The notes beneath the pieces were generated by a model that ran no database searches, was not told the origin of the DNA, and saw only the letters and a list, made by a program, of their open reading frames with translations. Positions 17,930 through 27,348 of a stretch of 37,953 nucleotides of DNA are shown piece after piece. The position numbers were made by a program, and so were the translations under genes. The first letter of the stretch is position 1. Each line of letters opens with the position of its first letter. This DNA is from a virus, in the IMG/VR virus record IMGVR_UViG_3300031417_000380, one strand, 5' to 3'.

Positions 17930-18345
17930 GCGAGTACAACGAGCTCAACGATGAGGAGAGGTTAGCTCAATCTCTCATCGGAGTAACCATCGATCGCTAT
18001 GTTCACCGTGAGCTCACACCTTACGGCGCTGAGCAGATTGCTAAACGTCTCATCGACATGCTGCCGGAGCTTGAGGTTCCGGAGAGTATTGAGCTTTCCT
18101 CAAAGCAGTCGTGGGCACCGTCGGTCGCTGTTCCGCTCGAGCTTGAACAGAAGCTCACTGTATGGTCGGTTACAACCGTTGCCGATGAAACACATGCGCA
18201 GAGGATGAAGCGGCTGCTTTTTATGCTTACTAAGGAGTTTGAAGCTCAGTGGGACGCAGGCTACGAGCGCGCAGAAGCAGATGCTGACGCTACCGGTTTC
18301 TGGAGTAAGCGGCTTCGAGCGAACCCGCATCGTGGTGTGAAGTAA
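17926..18345 (+). CDS. hypothetical protein with WDAGY..NPH motif (start revised to ATG 17926)
   Basis: ATGA overlap with upstream stop. Confidence 0.7.
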   Translation: MSEYNELNDEERLAQSLIGVTIDRYVHRELTPYGAEQIAKRLIDMLPELEVPESIELSSKQSWAPSVAVPLELEQKLTVWSVTTVADETHAQRMKRLLFMLTKEFEAQWDAGYERAEADADATGFWSKRLRANPHRGVK

Positions 18346-18373
18346 CTCTGAGCTGGACAAAACGAAACTGATG

Positions 18374-18402
18374 TTGCGAATTAGCCACATAGTGGTTATG
18401 AT
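18374..18402 (+). promoter_or_regulatory. SigA-like promoter, leaderless
   Basis: TTGCGA-N17-TATGAT-N6-ATG(18409). Confidence 0.7.
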
Positions 18403-18408
18403 GATGCT

Positions 18409-18786
18409 ATGACGAACGACATTTCGAAGATCATCATCGGCTCTCTGACTGCCGGTAAGAGGATTCGCAACGCTGAACTCCTCGCTTATGCCGCGGCTAA
18501 CGACCTCGAGATCCTTGAGATCCGACCGAACAACACCGATGACTTCGACGCGCTCTACTGCGGAGACTATCCGGCGCCGTGTAACTGCGATGACCCGACC
18601 ACGCACGACCGCAAGGCTCTCCAGCCGAAGGATTCGTACGCCGGGGAAGGCTCCACGAAGTACGTCCCCAGCGCGTTCTTCTCCGGCGCAACGGTGATCC
18701 CCATGCCGCAGCTCAAGGACATCGTCTGCGGCGACTACCCGGCGCCGTGCAACTGCGACGACCCGGAGACGCACAACGGCCACTGA
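18409..18786 (+). CDS. small protein with duplicated CGDYPAPCNCDDPxTH motif
   Basis: motif at 18559-18606 and 18727-18774; own promoter and terminator. Confidence 0.8.
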   Translation: MTNDISKIIIGSLTAGKRIRNAELLAYAAANDLEILEIRPNNTDDFDALYCGDYPAPCNCDDPTTHDRKALQPKDSYAGEGSTKYVPSAFFSGATVIPMPQLKDIVCGDYPAPCNCDDPETHNGH

Positions 18787-18791
18787 CCTCT

Positions 18792-18834
18792 AACGGAAGC
18801 CGAGGATACTGTAGCGGTATCCTCGGCTTCCGTT
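18792..18834 (+). terminator. intrinsic terminator
   Basis: 18-bp stem AACGGAAGCCGAGGATAC/GTATCCTCGGCTTCCGTT followed by TT. Confidence 0.8.
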
Positions 18835-18847
18835 TTGTAGTTTCGTG

Positions 18848-18876
18848 TTGCGTTGAGCTCAAGTCCGTGATACTGT
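18848..18876 (+). promoter_or_regulatory. SigA-like promoter
   Basis: TTGCGT-N17-TACTGT. Confidence 0.65.
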
Positions 18877-18922
18877 TAGCCTTGTCGCCGCAACGACGAC
18901 CCAAAACTTTCCGGAGGCTACC

Positions 18923-19240
18923 ATGTCTTACCAGTTCTACGTCACTCCGACCGTCACCATCACTTCCAAGCTCATGCCGCTCATGTACGAACTCGGTGCT
19001 CGCGACACCACTCAGCTGATCGAACTGCTCGAGGAGAAGTACTCGATCTACGCCGAGAAGGATTGGACCGAGGGCTACGAGCGACTCGAGGCACGTCCGA
19101 CACTGACCGCGTCGGAGCACGAGGGGCTCAATGGCATTGCTCAGCGACTGTCGACTACTCTCTTCGCTGTCGCTGACCCTGGCGTCTACACCATCGTGGA
19201 TGAGTACGATCACGAACTCGAGGTCACCGTCAACCACTGA
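18923..19240 (+). CDS. hypothetical protein
   Basis: SD GGAGG; monocistronic layout. Confidence 0.75.
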   Translation: MSYQFYVTPTVTITSKLMPLMYELGARDTTQLIELLEEKYSIYAEKDWTEGYERLEARPTLTASEHEGLNGIAQRLSTTLFAVADPGVYTIVDEYDHELEVTVNH

Positions 19241-19249
19241 TCACCTACT

Positions 19250-19290
19250 CTTCTCCGCACCACAGCTGAATCGGCCGTGGTGCGGAGAAG
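19250..19290. terminator. bidirectional hairpin terminator
   Basis: 14-bp stem CTTCTCCGCACCAC/GTGGTGCGGAGAAG between convergent genes. Confidence 0.75.
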
Positions 19291-19328
19291 TAAGAGCGAG
19301 AGACGCTACTTCAGACTCTTGCAGCGAG

Positions 19329-20180
19329 TTACTCGGACTTCGTAACGCCTGTCGGGTCAACAACTCCTGCTGGGAGAGGCTGATCTACCGGGCACCAGTA
19401 GAGCATACGGCCGTAGAAGTCCTTGGCTCGCACCGGACCTCCACAGATCACGCACGGCTGTGTCGCACGCTTGTAAACGTAGGTACGCCGAGCACACGCA
19501 GCTTTAATCACCGGAGGGAGTCCGAGCGGCTTCGGCGCACCGGAGTAAACTGTCTCAATCCCGCCGGAGTGCTCTACTCCGTGGCTCATGAGCTCGTGAG
19601 TGAGTGCCCAAAGCTTCTTCCACTCCTCGGTTGAAAGATCTTTGGCGGGCTTGAACGGGGATAGCCCACGCATGAAGAGCACCTCTGCTCGGTAAACGTT
19701 ACCGATGCCGGCAATCTCGTTCTGATCCATGAGAATCTTGCCCACCGGAGCTTTTAGCTTCGCCATACGCTCGAGGAAAGCAGCAGGAGCCTCGTCAAGC
19801 TTTAGCGGGTCAGGGCCGAGTCGATCGAGTACCGTCTGAACTCCAGCCTTGTCCAGTACCTCACAGCGCGTCGGACCGTTAAGGTCGATAGTTCGGTTCT
19901 TAAAGCGTACTCGCATTCGGACCGCGCCTTTTGGCTCAGGGGCGGGTGTTGGCAGCTGGTGATGCTTTCCGTAGAGTCCGAGGTGGATGTGGATCGTGTA
20001 ATCCGGCTCGAACTCGAGGAATAGGTGCTTGCCGTGGGACCATGCACCACGGAAACGATGACCATCGACGAGAGCGGCTGATTCTGCGAAGCGACCCTGG
20101 GGAGAGCTTACGTGAGCGATCTGTCCGGCGTTACGATTCCACATATTCGCCGCGCGCTTTAGACTGTGGCCTTCTGGCAT
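19329..20180 (-). CDS. nei: Fpg/Nei family DNA glycosylase/AP lyase (endonuclease VIII-like)
   Basis: N-terminal MPEGH, GKHLF, HLGLYG, H2TH LMDQ..IAGIGNVYRAEVLF, Zn finger CVICG..WCP. Confidence 0.93.
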   Translation of the reverse strand: MPEGHSLKRAANMWNRNAGQIAHVSSPQGRFAESAALVDGHRFRGAWSHGKHLFLEFEPDYTIHIHLGLYGKHHQLPTPAPEPKGAVRMRVRFKNRTIDLNGPTRCEVLDKAGVQTVLDRLGPDPLKLDEAPAAFLERMAKLKAPVGKILMDQNEIAGIGNVYRAEVLFMRGLSPFKPAKDLSTEEWKKLWALTHELMSHGVEHSGGIETVYSGAPKPLGLPPVIKAACARRTYVYKRATQPCVICGGPVRAKDFYGRMLYWCPVDQPLPAGVVDPTGVTKSE

Positions 20181-20247
20181 GGATACTCCTATGAGACGTT
20201 AGTAGTATTTTACCTAGCCACGGTGTGCACTCCCTGTGTTTACTGTG

Positions 20248-20276
20248 TTGCGAGACACAACCTTGCCGTGTAAGAT
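20248..20276 (+). promoter_or_regulatory. SigA-like promoter, leaderless
   Basis: TTGCGA-N17-TAAGAT-N6-ATG(20283). Confidence 0.7.
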
Positions 20277-20282
20277 GCGTCT

Positions 20283-21245
20283 ATGCCCACCACAGCCGAA
20301 GCTTGCGAGGAGCTACTCGAGCATCTTCGAGCAAAGGTCCCCGTCGACCAGCGGAAGATGCTAAACGGCAGTTTCTGGGATGTTATGGATCGTATTCTTC
20401 AGGGGAAGCAGACGAAGAACCTTCGCAAGTCACTTCATCACCGGGTTTCGAAAGAGCTTCGATATCTGCGTGATCGAACCGCCGTAAGTGACCCGCTTCT
20501 TCCGCGTCTTCAGTGGTTGATCGCCTGTCACGCCGTCCTGGCAGCTCTTCAGTTCAGCAACAACAAGCACGAGTCAAAGATTCACCACTGGGTTCCGGCA
20601 TCTTACGTGAGACGCTTCTCCGTGGACATCGATGCTCCGGCGACTGAACGACGTAAGGCTAGAGTCTGGGAGCTTGAGGTAAGCGGGGCTGGCAGACAGA
20701 TTGTTGAATCGCAAAGCTTCGCACATCAGCCGATCGGGGACTCCGGTTTCTACACGCTGGCTTCAGAACTTTTCTTCTCACGTATCGAAGGCGACGCTAG
20801 CGAGACTGTAGCCGGTGTTCAGGACGGAAAGTATCAGCGCTATCAGCACCTCAGTGCTGCTGCAATGATGCTCGTCCACGAGGTTAGAGCTCCTAAGAGC
20901 CTCCCGATCAAGATCTTCAAGCGGCCGACTTTTCGACAGGTTATCAACGACATGGGCAAGCGTATTGATTCGCTCGAGAATCTCTATGTCTACTTCGACC
21001 AGCCGAATGAGAGGCTTCCGTTCACTACCTTCCGAACCATCCGCCGCCGTGAGCTCGTGAACGGGCAAATGGCCTGGTACTTCCCTCTAGCACCGCACAT
21101 CGCAGTTATCGCATCTGAGCGGGGGCTGTCATATCGTAAGAGAGCCGCCGTTGTTAAGGCTGGTCGCGCCGGCGCTATCGCACTCGCTCGTCGTAATAAA
21201 TACGTGCCGCTCTACGGCTTTGCTCCTGAAGAGCTCCACCTGTAG
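20283..21245 (+). CDS. DUF4238-like protein with N-terminal helical extension
   Basis: HHWVPASYVRRFS..FY..E.FFSRIE matches the DUF4238 start. Confidence 0.65.
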   Translation: MPTTAEACEELLEHLRAKVPVDQRKMLNGSFWDVMDRILQGKQTKNLRKSLHHRVSKELRYLRDRTAVSDPLLPRLQWLIACHAVLAALQFSNNKHESKIHHWVPASYVRRFSVDIDAPATERRKARVWELEVSGAGRQIVESQSFAHQPIGDSGFYTLASELFFSRIEGDASETVAGVQDGKYQRYQHLSAAAMMLVHEVRAPKSLPIKIFKRPTFRQVINDMGKRIDSLENLYVYFDQPNERLPFTTFRTIRRRELVNGQMAWYFPLAPHIAVIASERGLSYRKRAAVVKAGRAGAIALARRNKYVPLYGFAPEELHL

Positions 21246-21259
21246 TCGATAGGCCTCCT

Positions 21260-21691
21260 ATGACCAATCCTTCTCCGTACTGGAGCGCTGTGCCGTCGCC
21301 GGCTGCTCCTCAGAGCCAAAACCCTTGGTTTGAGCCGGCTCAGCCTCGCTATCGCAAGCGTAACTGGGCTTCGACGTTGGCCGTAATCTTACTCAGCGTA
21401 GCCATCGGTCTAGCGGTGCTAGTCGGTATCTTTACCCTGCTCTGCCTCGCGTTCTATCTCGCATGGGCGGCACCGGGCTACGTCTACCACGCCGTGCTTC
21501 GCCACACCGTACCGGTGGGCATGATCCTAGCCGGAATTCCAGCAGGCGCCGGCATCGTCTTCGGAGTTCTCGGTTTTGTCAAAGGGCTTCGCGAAGACAC
21601 AGCTGGAGGCACCGGTCGGATCGTAACCGTTGGAGTTCTGGCCGCAGTACTCGGCATCTTCTACATCATCGGCGCAAGCTTTACTCACTAA
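21260..21691 (+). CDS. membrane protein (~3 TM) with Pro-rich N-terminus
   Basis: three long hydrophobic segments. Confidence 0.75.
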   Translation: MTNPSPYWSAVPSPAAPQSQNPWFEPAQPRYRKRNWASTLAVILLSVAIGLAVLVGIFTLLCLAFYLAWAAPGYVYHAVLRHTVPVGMILAGIPAGAGIVFGVLGFVKGLREDTAGGTGRIVTVGVLAAVLGIFYIIGASFTH

Positions 21692-21700
21692 GGAGCAGAT

Positions 21701-22060
21701 ATGCCTTCTGCAGACAAACCTAACTGGCGCTACGAGTGCTACTACTTCGGCAGTAGCGGCTGGCCGTCCGAAGCTATCTGGCGAGTGGCCGATGACCGCC
21801 ATGAGCTTTGGGTCAGCTATCCCGTACTCTTTGAGAGCATCGAGGACGCACGCGCTGAATGGGAGAAACGCCGCAACGATCTTACAGTGGATGCCTCTGT
21901 AGAGGAAGACACTCGACGCAGTGACCCTCAGCGCTGGTCTCTCGGCTGGTGGCAGAGTTATCCTGAGAATAAAGACGAGCTTTACTACTACGCTCGCGAT
22001 CAGGAGACCGGAGCTTCAACAGAGCTTCAGCCGGACAAGACCGGCGTACCGCTCGACTGA
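21701..22060 (+). CDS. hypothetical Trp/Tyr-rich protein
   Basis: SD TAAGGAG. Confidence 0.7.
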   Translation: MPSADKPNWRYECYYFGSSGWPSEAIWRVADDRHELWVSYPVLFESIEDARAEWEKRRNDLTVDASVEEDTRRSDPQRWSLGWWQSYPENKDELYYYARDQETGASTELQPDKTGVPLD

Positions 22061-22124
22061 CAGTTCGAAAACTGTTTTGTAAAAATCGTTGCGTAGCAAA
22101 CTCAATCGGTGTTAGCATGGAGCC

Positions 22125-22481
22125 ATGACGAACTACACCGCTCGAAACTGGCACGTCGCTTCCCTCCCGCTCCGCGCGAAGGACAACTACCCGCTCACCG
22201 CCTCGGGCATCCCCGACTCGAATATCTGCGCCATGATGTCCCCGATGGCTGACAACCTGGACCGCAACGGTAAGACCAACGTGTTCTACGTGGACGTGGA
22301 GCAGGAAGAGGCCGGCCTGGACACGATGTACGGTTCGAGCGGCCTCTACAAGGCGGCGGAGGACTTCACGCTCGACGACGGCTTCGTGGTGAAGGCCGGC
22401 GCGCTCGTCTTCCCGGTGACCAAGATGGACATGTCCGACCCGGAGAACGTCACTCGCACCATCCTCTTCGAGAAGCTCTGA
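22125..22481 (+). CDS. hypothetical protein (leaderless)
   Basis: TTGCGT-N18-TAGCAT-N6-ATG at 22089-22127; GC-rich third codon positions. Confidence 0.75.
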   Translation: MTNYTARNWHVASLPLRAKDNYPLTASGIPDSNICAMMSPMADNLDRNGKTNVFYVDVEQEEAGLDTMYGSSGLYKAAEDFTLDDGFVVKAGALVFPVTKMDMSDPENVTRTILFEKL

Positions 22482-22501
22482 CCTACAACCTCTCGTACGC
22501 T

Positions 22502-22542
22502 TCTTAGCCCGCGATGCAATCAATATGCATCGCGGGCTAAGA
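22502..22542 (+). terminator. hairpin terminator
   Basis: 17-bp stem TCTTAGCCCGCGATGCA/TGCATCGCGGGCTAAGA. Confidence 0.75.
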
Positions 22543-22581
22543 GTAGGAGCTGAACGCTATAGCTGCGGTCTAGAGAGCGTT

Positions 22582-22713
22582 TAGCCTGAGTCTGTACAAC
22601 TCGACAGAACAGAGGTTACCGCTGTAAGAACCCTGTAAGACTGTTTAAGATCGTCGGTTCTCCTTACTGGCTATTGGGGACTTTTAGCTGCAAGCGTAGC
22701 GCTGTTTTGAGCT
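22582..22713. repeat. dispersed intergenic repeat, copy B
   Basis: identical 21-mer AGCGTAGCGCTGTTTTGAGCT and 11-mer GTAAGAACCCT shared with 12309-12444. Confidence 0.75.
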
Positions 22714-22736
22714 ACACTGATCACCTTAGAAAAAGG

Positions 22737-23291
22737 TCAAGAGAGTAAACTTGCGGCGCCACCGATAAAGAACCAGACGGCGATCCAGTAGCTACCAACG
22801 ATCCCAATAGCCCACGATGCCGCAAGGATCACGTAACGCACTCGTACTCCTTTGACTCCGTCCACGAGCGCCTGATTCTCGGCTTTTGTTCGACGCTTGC
22901 CCCAGATTGAAGCCATGTCGAACGCGAACGCAAACGCAGGGATGAAGTAAGCGCCGGCGGCGGCAAAGAAGAAAGCTCCATCGGCGCCGAGCATTAGCAT
23001 GATGGTTAAGAAAGCTACGAAGATAACTAGTCCTGCTGAAAGGTTGCCGAAGATCTGACCGGCGCTTGAGCCGTGGTAGAAGCTATACTCTGGCTTTGGG
23101 CGCATGTATCCGTCGAAAGTATCGTCCGATGACGGTTCGGCGAGCCGGTTGAGAGTTTCTGGTCGACCGCTACCATCATCGTTCTTTCGGAAGCGGAGAA
23201 AGCTGTAAACTCGGGCAATCACAGCCACCGGGCCGTAGAACACTCCGATAGCAACGTAGATAAACGGCACAGCCGTTAAGATGAGGCTCAT
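22737..23291 (-). CDS. membrane protein (~4 TM)
   Basis: SD AGGAG; four hydrophobic segments. Confidence 0.75.
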   Translation of the reverse strand: MSLILTAVPFIYVAIGVFYGPVAVIARVYSFLRFRKNDDGSGRPETLNRLAEPSSDDTFDGYMRPKPEYSFYHGSSAGQIFGNLSAGLVIFVAFLTIMLMLGADGAFFFAAAGAYFIPAFAFAFDMASIWGKRRTKAENQALVDGVKGVRVRYVILAASWAIGIVGSYWIAVWFFIGGAASLLS

Positions 23292-23366
23292 GAGTTGCTC
23301 CTAAGTCGTTGTCTCGTGTGATTCTATCGTGTAGGATCGCCGCTAATAGGAGTCAGAAGGAGAATC

Positions 23367-24062
23367 ATGAATGACGAGATCCCAGCCGACGCGAGCAGCT
23401 TAAAGATGAAGGCTGAAGAAGGCTGGCAGAGCTACGTTCCTGAGATCGATGACCTCTCCTGGTACTCGGATAAGAACCCTACCTACTCCGGTGCGGAGCC
23501 GCTTCACTCTGATGAAGCCGAGGCTGCTCGTCGATTCGTGAGTAACTGGCTTCACGATGACAGCCATGGACTCCGTATCCCCGGCGACGAGTGGGGTCGC
23601 ACGCTTCTAAACTCGATCAACGTTCTTATGGCTCACACGGGGCTTTACGAGACCCACGCTGAGCTCGAGGCTCGTGCTGAGGTTCAACGCCTGGCTGACA
23701 TCGGTAAGCACTTCATGGTTACCCTTCTACTTGACGATCCTGAACTCATCAAAGCGTTCCCTAAGCACGAAACACCGTGGTTCGTGGTCTACACCGATAA
23801 CGGGGAGTGGGCCCGTGGCCTCCCCGGTGGCTGGCTTGCTGATGACCCCGACGGCGTTGTTCGGCGGCTGGCTCTGGAGGTACACGAGATGTCAGGCGAC
23901 TTTAAGCTTCCCACTCAGGAAGAGCTCGACGGCCGAGCGCCGAACAACAACGATGACGAGCTCAACGGCACTCGTCGGGTTAACGTTCTTCCTGCCGGCG
24001 CCACAGAGGATGAACTGCACGAACTTGTGCTCGCCCGAGTTCGTGCTTGGCCTGGCGTCTAG
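23367..24062 (+). CDS. hypothetical acidic protein
   Basis: SD GAAGGAG; terminator follows. Confidence 0.75.
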   Translation: MNDEIPADASSLKMKAEEGWQSYVPEIDDLSWYSDKNPTYSGAEPLHSDEAEAARRFVSNWLHDDSHGLRIPGDEWGRTLLNSINVLMAHTGLYETHAELEARAEVQRLADIGKHFMVTLLLDDPELIKAFPKHETPWFVVYTDNGEWARGLPGGWLADDPDGVVRRLALEVHEMSGDFKLPTQEELDGRAPNNNDDELNGTRRVNVLPAGATEDELHELVLARVRAWPGV

Positions 24063-24074
24063 CCTTTAAAGACG

Positions 24075-24122
24075 TACTACTCTGCGCGACTAAAACCGAA
24101 GCTTTAGTCGCGCAGAGTAGTA
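24075..24122 (+). terminator. hairpin terminator
   Basis: 20-bp stem TACTACTCTGCGCGACTAAA/TTTAGTCGCGCAGAGTAGTA. Confidence 0.8.
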
Positions 24123-24268
24123 AGAGCCGTAGCTAAAAAAAACTCCTCGAAAAAGTTTTCGCTATAGATGACTAAAAATGTAAAGCGGTGATTGGGCTCG
24201 GTACAAAAGCTATGTCTCGAAAGTAGACACCTGGCGGTGCCGGGTAACTTTCCACAGAAAGATTGACC

Positions 24269-25090
24269 ATGAGTCTCTCAGTTACCGAAATAGCAGTATC
24301 CGAGCTTTCCGAAGTAGAGCTTCTCGACGCAGAAGAGCTTACTCGGAGAAGCAAGCACATCGTTCGCATTCCGAAGCGCGGTAAGTCGCCGGAGTCGCGC
24401 TCCGATGTCTACGGCGGGCTCGTTCGCGCCGCGGTTGACCACGTGGTCGGCGCCGGCGGCCGTGAATCCATGGCTAAGGCGTTCCGCGCCGGCTGCACGC
24501 TCTTCGAGAGCTCCTGCTACATCTGCGGCTACCCGGTCTACCGAAGCACCGGCGATCCGTTCGAGGGTCTCCTCTCGCCGCAGGCTGACCATATCCTCCC
24601 GCACTCCCTCGGAGGCGTCGGAGCCGCCGGTCACCTGCTGCCGACTCACCGTGTCTGCAACGACGCCAAGAGCAACGCACTGGTGGAGGACTACCTCTTC
24701 GACCGCCCCGAGGCTCTGCGTCGTATTAACCGCTTCAAAGAGCTTTACGAGGTGACTGAGATGCCGGGCCTCTACGCCGCTGTGACTGAGCGTGTGGCCA
24801 AGGCGTTCGCCGGCCTCTCCGCCGACCTCACCGAGCTGGGTCTCGACTACGACCTTGAGGTCCCTCCGTTCTACACCGCGAAGCCGAAGACTGAAGATGT
24901 GGCTGAGGAGAAGCCGAAGCTCCCCGCCGCCGTCCTCGCGAAGATGGAAGCCAACGCGCAGGCTACTGAGCGCAAGAAGCTCCTGGCGATCCGCAACCAG
25001 GCTGAGGAGCAGGTACGTCGCTGGCTACGCACCTCCGGGCTACCCGAAGCAAAGAGTATCTACACCTCGGCGAACGGAGTTGCAGCGTGA
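24269..25090 (+). CDS. HNH endonuclease
   Basis: CYICG..ADHILPHSLGG..HLLPTHRVCNDAK; ATG 24269 after AGAAAG. Confidence 0.85.
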   Translation: MSLSVTEIAVSELSEVELLDAEELTRRSKHIVRIPKRGKSPESRSDVYGGLVRAAVDHVVGAGGRESMAKAFRAGCTLFESSCYICGYPVYRSTGDPFEGLLSPQADHILPHSLGGVGAAGHLLPTHRVCNDAKSNALVEDYLFDRPEALRRINRFKELYEVTEMPGLYAAVTERVAKAFAGLSADLTELGLDYDLEVPPFYTAKPKTEDVAEEKPKLPAAVLAKMEANAQATERKKLLAIRNQAEEQVRRWLRTSGLPEAKSIYTSANGVAA

Positions 25091-27348
25091 ACACTCTCGT
25101 AACTGTCCCGCGCATGGAAGGCAACGTCCTCCACTCGAACCCGTTCCACTACGGTCGCCACTTTGTCAACTGGGAGAACCAGCGCACCTCTGCGTGGCCG
25201 CGCACCAAGGCCATCGGTCTGGCTCGAAGCTTTGTGAACGCCTCCGAGACTGAGCAGGGGATGATCTTCGACACGAACTTCATCCTTCAGGAGATCGAGG
25301 ACGACACTAACGGCTTCCACCGCTACGTCTTCTTCGACGGCCAGCAGCGACTCACCACCACCACGCTGGTGGCTCTCGCACTTCTTCGTCTATACCGTGA
25401 CTCTCAGGTAGACACGCAGAACTCCGCCGGCACCGCCGGGTTAAGCCAGCTTTCTGCTGACGCTCTTCTTCGACTGCACCCGGCCACCTCGATCACCGGA
25501 GAGCGCACCGCAGGTGAGCCGTTCACCGGCGGCGCCTACAGCTACGTGGATGAGGAGGGCAAGTTCCGCCCCTGGCTATCCATCAGCCGTGGAGTCAACG
25601 AGGATCACTTTGACGAGTACATCGCTAATCTGGTCTTCACCTCACGAGTCACCCTGATCGAGGATGCTGATCGTTCGCTTCGTGAGGAGCTTCGCTCACC
25701 GGAGGCCCGCCTCGCCAACAACTTCCTCGGTATCCTTGATTATCTGAGTAGCTTACGTCTTGACGACGAGCGCTTCGTTGCCATCGTGAACGCTGTGGCT
25801 GACTTCCGTTGCTACTACAACATCTACCGGGATACTGACGAGGCTACTCGCGCGTTCACCAACTCCAACAACGGAGCCCAGATGAGCTTCGCCGGTGTCA
25901 TGCGCGTCATCGTCGCTGGGATCTACAGCGACAAGGAGCTCACCGAGACTCTCAACAAGCTAGACACTAAGACGATCTACGGCTTCCTTCCAAAGTCGGT
26001 CGCTGAGGTTCAGGATAAGAACGGTTCAGATCTTATCTACCGTTTAGCCTTCTCCTCCACCATGCTCGAGCCGATCCACGCCGGTGACGATAACGCTGCG
26101 GACACGAAGCAGTTCAAGTCGGAGATCCCTACCTCTAAAGATGCGATTCGTTTCTTCAACTCGATCGTCGCGCTCGTTGAGGGTATGCGGTCGCTCGAAT
26201 CAACCGATGTGCGCGGCAAGCGTAAGCCACCCAAGGGAAAACGTCAGACTCGCGAACAACTCTTTGCTCAGTTCCTCTACCTAATCGCTACTCAGGGAAA
26301 TGATCGTTCAGCCTGGTACGCAGCGTTCTATCTACTGCGTAAGCTCGAAAAGGTCGGGCTTCAGCAGCTTCGCGAGGTGCTCGATTCTTTCACTCGCCTC
26401 TACATCAACGTTACGCTATTCGGCTCGGTTGACCCGGCTCGCGAGGATGACAAGAGCTTCTACCGACTGGTACGCTCTACCGTGGAGAAGCTCGGCGTGG
26501 AGAACCTGAATCGAAGCACCCTCGACTCGTACTTCGCTGGCCTCGCCGGGCCGTGGCGCCCGAACACTAAGGCAAAGCTTCGTGCTCACCTTGAGCAGGT
26601 AAGCTTTAAGCCGATCGCTACTAGCGTCTTCGGCCAGCTTTACCCGGCCGCCATGGCCTACGCTGATGTCACTCGTGCTATCCGCTCTAAGCGGGCTATC
26701 CCGGAGCTGCTCTACAACTACCAGCGTTCTTCGTTCACGGTGCCGAGCGCGAACTGCCTCGCTCCGGTGATTGCGATTAACGATGAGCACTCTACGCTCA
26801 TTCGCGCTGGAGGGAGCTTGGAGCTTGCCTACCCCGGTTCGTACCTAGTCACTCACTACAAGCTGGATGTGAACCGCGAGGACTCGCAGAAGATCCGTAA
26901 TCTGCTCGATCGCACCATCGGCGGAACCCGAGTCGGCGATAGCGAGACGCTCATCTCTATTGCTGAAAAGCTAGAGAACTTTAATGACGGCTTCACAAGA
27001 GGCCATGTGGCTCCTGAGTTCGTGGCAGCTAACCGCTCGTGGCAGGCGGCTCGTCTTGCGGACGCCTACGGTATCGATACAGCACCGTTTGAGAAGCTAC
27101 AGAGCCGTCTCTCGCAGCGCTTCCCCTCGGCTACGCAGGTTTACATGGTGGCTGGAGACGACTGCTTCTCCTTCGATCTACGCGCCGGCCGGCTTTCGGT
27201 TGCTGACACTGCGCTCCAGCTTGAGGATTGGGGCGCCGCACTCGAGCTTACCGACTTCAAGACTCAGGAAGAGATGCTCGCGGTTACCAGCATCTTTGTC
27301 GGCGAGAACGAGCACGATGAGAAGCTTGCGGAGGTTCTAGCAGGCTAA
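25087..27348 (+). CDS. DUF262 (GmrS/ParB-like) domain protein, type IV restriction-like
   Basis: NQRTSAW, FDGQQRLTT and AFTNSNNG match the QR..W, DGQQR and FxxxN DUF262 motifs; GTGA coupling to upstream HNH. Confidence 0.8.
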   Translation: MNTLVTVPRMEGNVLHSNPFHYGRHFVNWENQRTSAWPRTKAIGLARSFVNASETEQGMIFDTNFILQEIEDDTNGFHRYVFFDGQQRLTTTTLVALALLRLYRDSQVDTQNSAGTAGLSQLSADALLRLHPATSITGERTAGEPFTGGAYSYVDEEGKFRPWLSISRGVNEDHFDEYIANLVFTSRVTLIEDADRSLREELRSPEARLANNFLGILDYLSSLRLDDERFVAIVNAVADFRCYYNIYRDTDEATRAFTNSNNGAQMSFAGVMRVIVAGIYSDKELTETLNKLDTKTIYGFLPKSVAEVQDKNGSDLIYRLAFSSTMLEPIHAGDDNAADTKQFKSEIPTSKDAIRFFNSIVALVEGMRSLESTDVRGKRKPPKGKRQTREQLFAQFLYLIATQGNDRSAWYAAFYLLRKLEKVGLQQLREVLDSFTRLYINVTLFGSVDPAREDDKSFYRLVRSTVEKLGVENLNRSTLDSYFAGLAGPWRPNTKAKLRAHLEQVSFKPIATSVFGQLYPAAMAYADVTRAIRSKRAIPELLYNYQRSSFTVPSANCLAPVIAINDEHSTLIRAGGSLELAYPGSYLVTHYKLDVNREDSQKIRNLLDRTIGGTRVGDSETLISIAEKLENFNDGFTRGHVAPEFVAANRSWQAARLADAYGIDTAPFEKLQSRLSQRFPSATQVYMVAGDDCFSFDLRAGRLSVADTALQLEDWGAALELTDFKTQEEMLAVTSIFVGENEHDEKLAEVLAG

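Noticed and set aside
24123-24268. A-rich intergenic region with small hairpins and CTTTCCACA as an origin/DnaA box
   Set aside because: Only one mismatched box, with no iterons or initiator gene nearby
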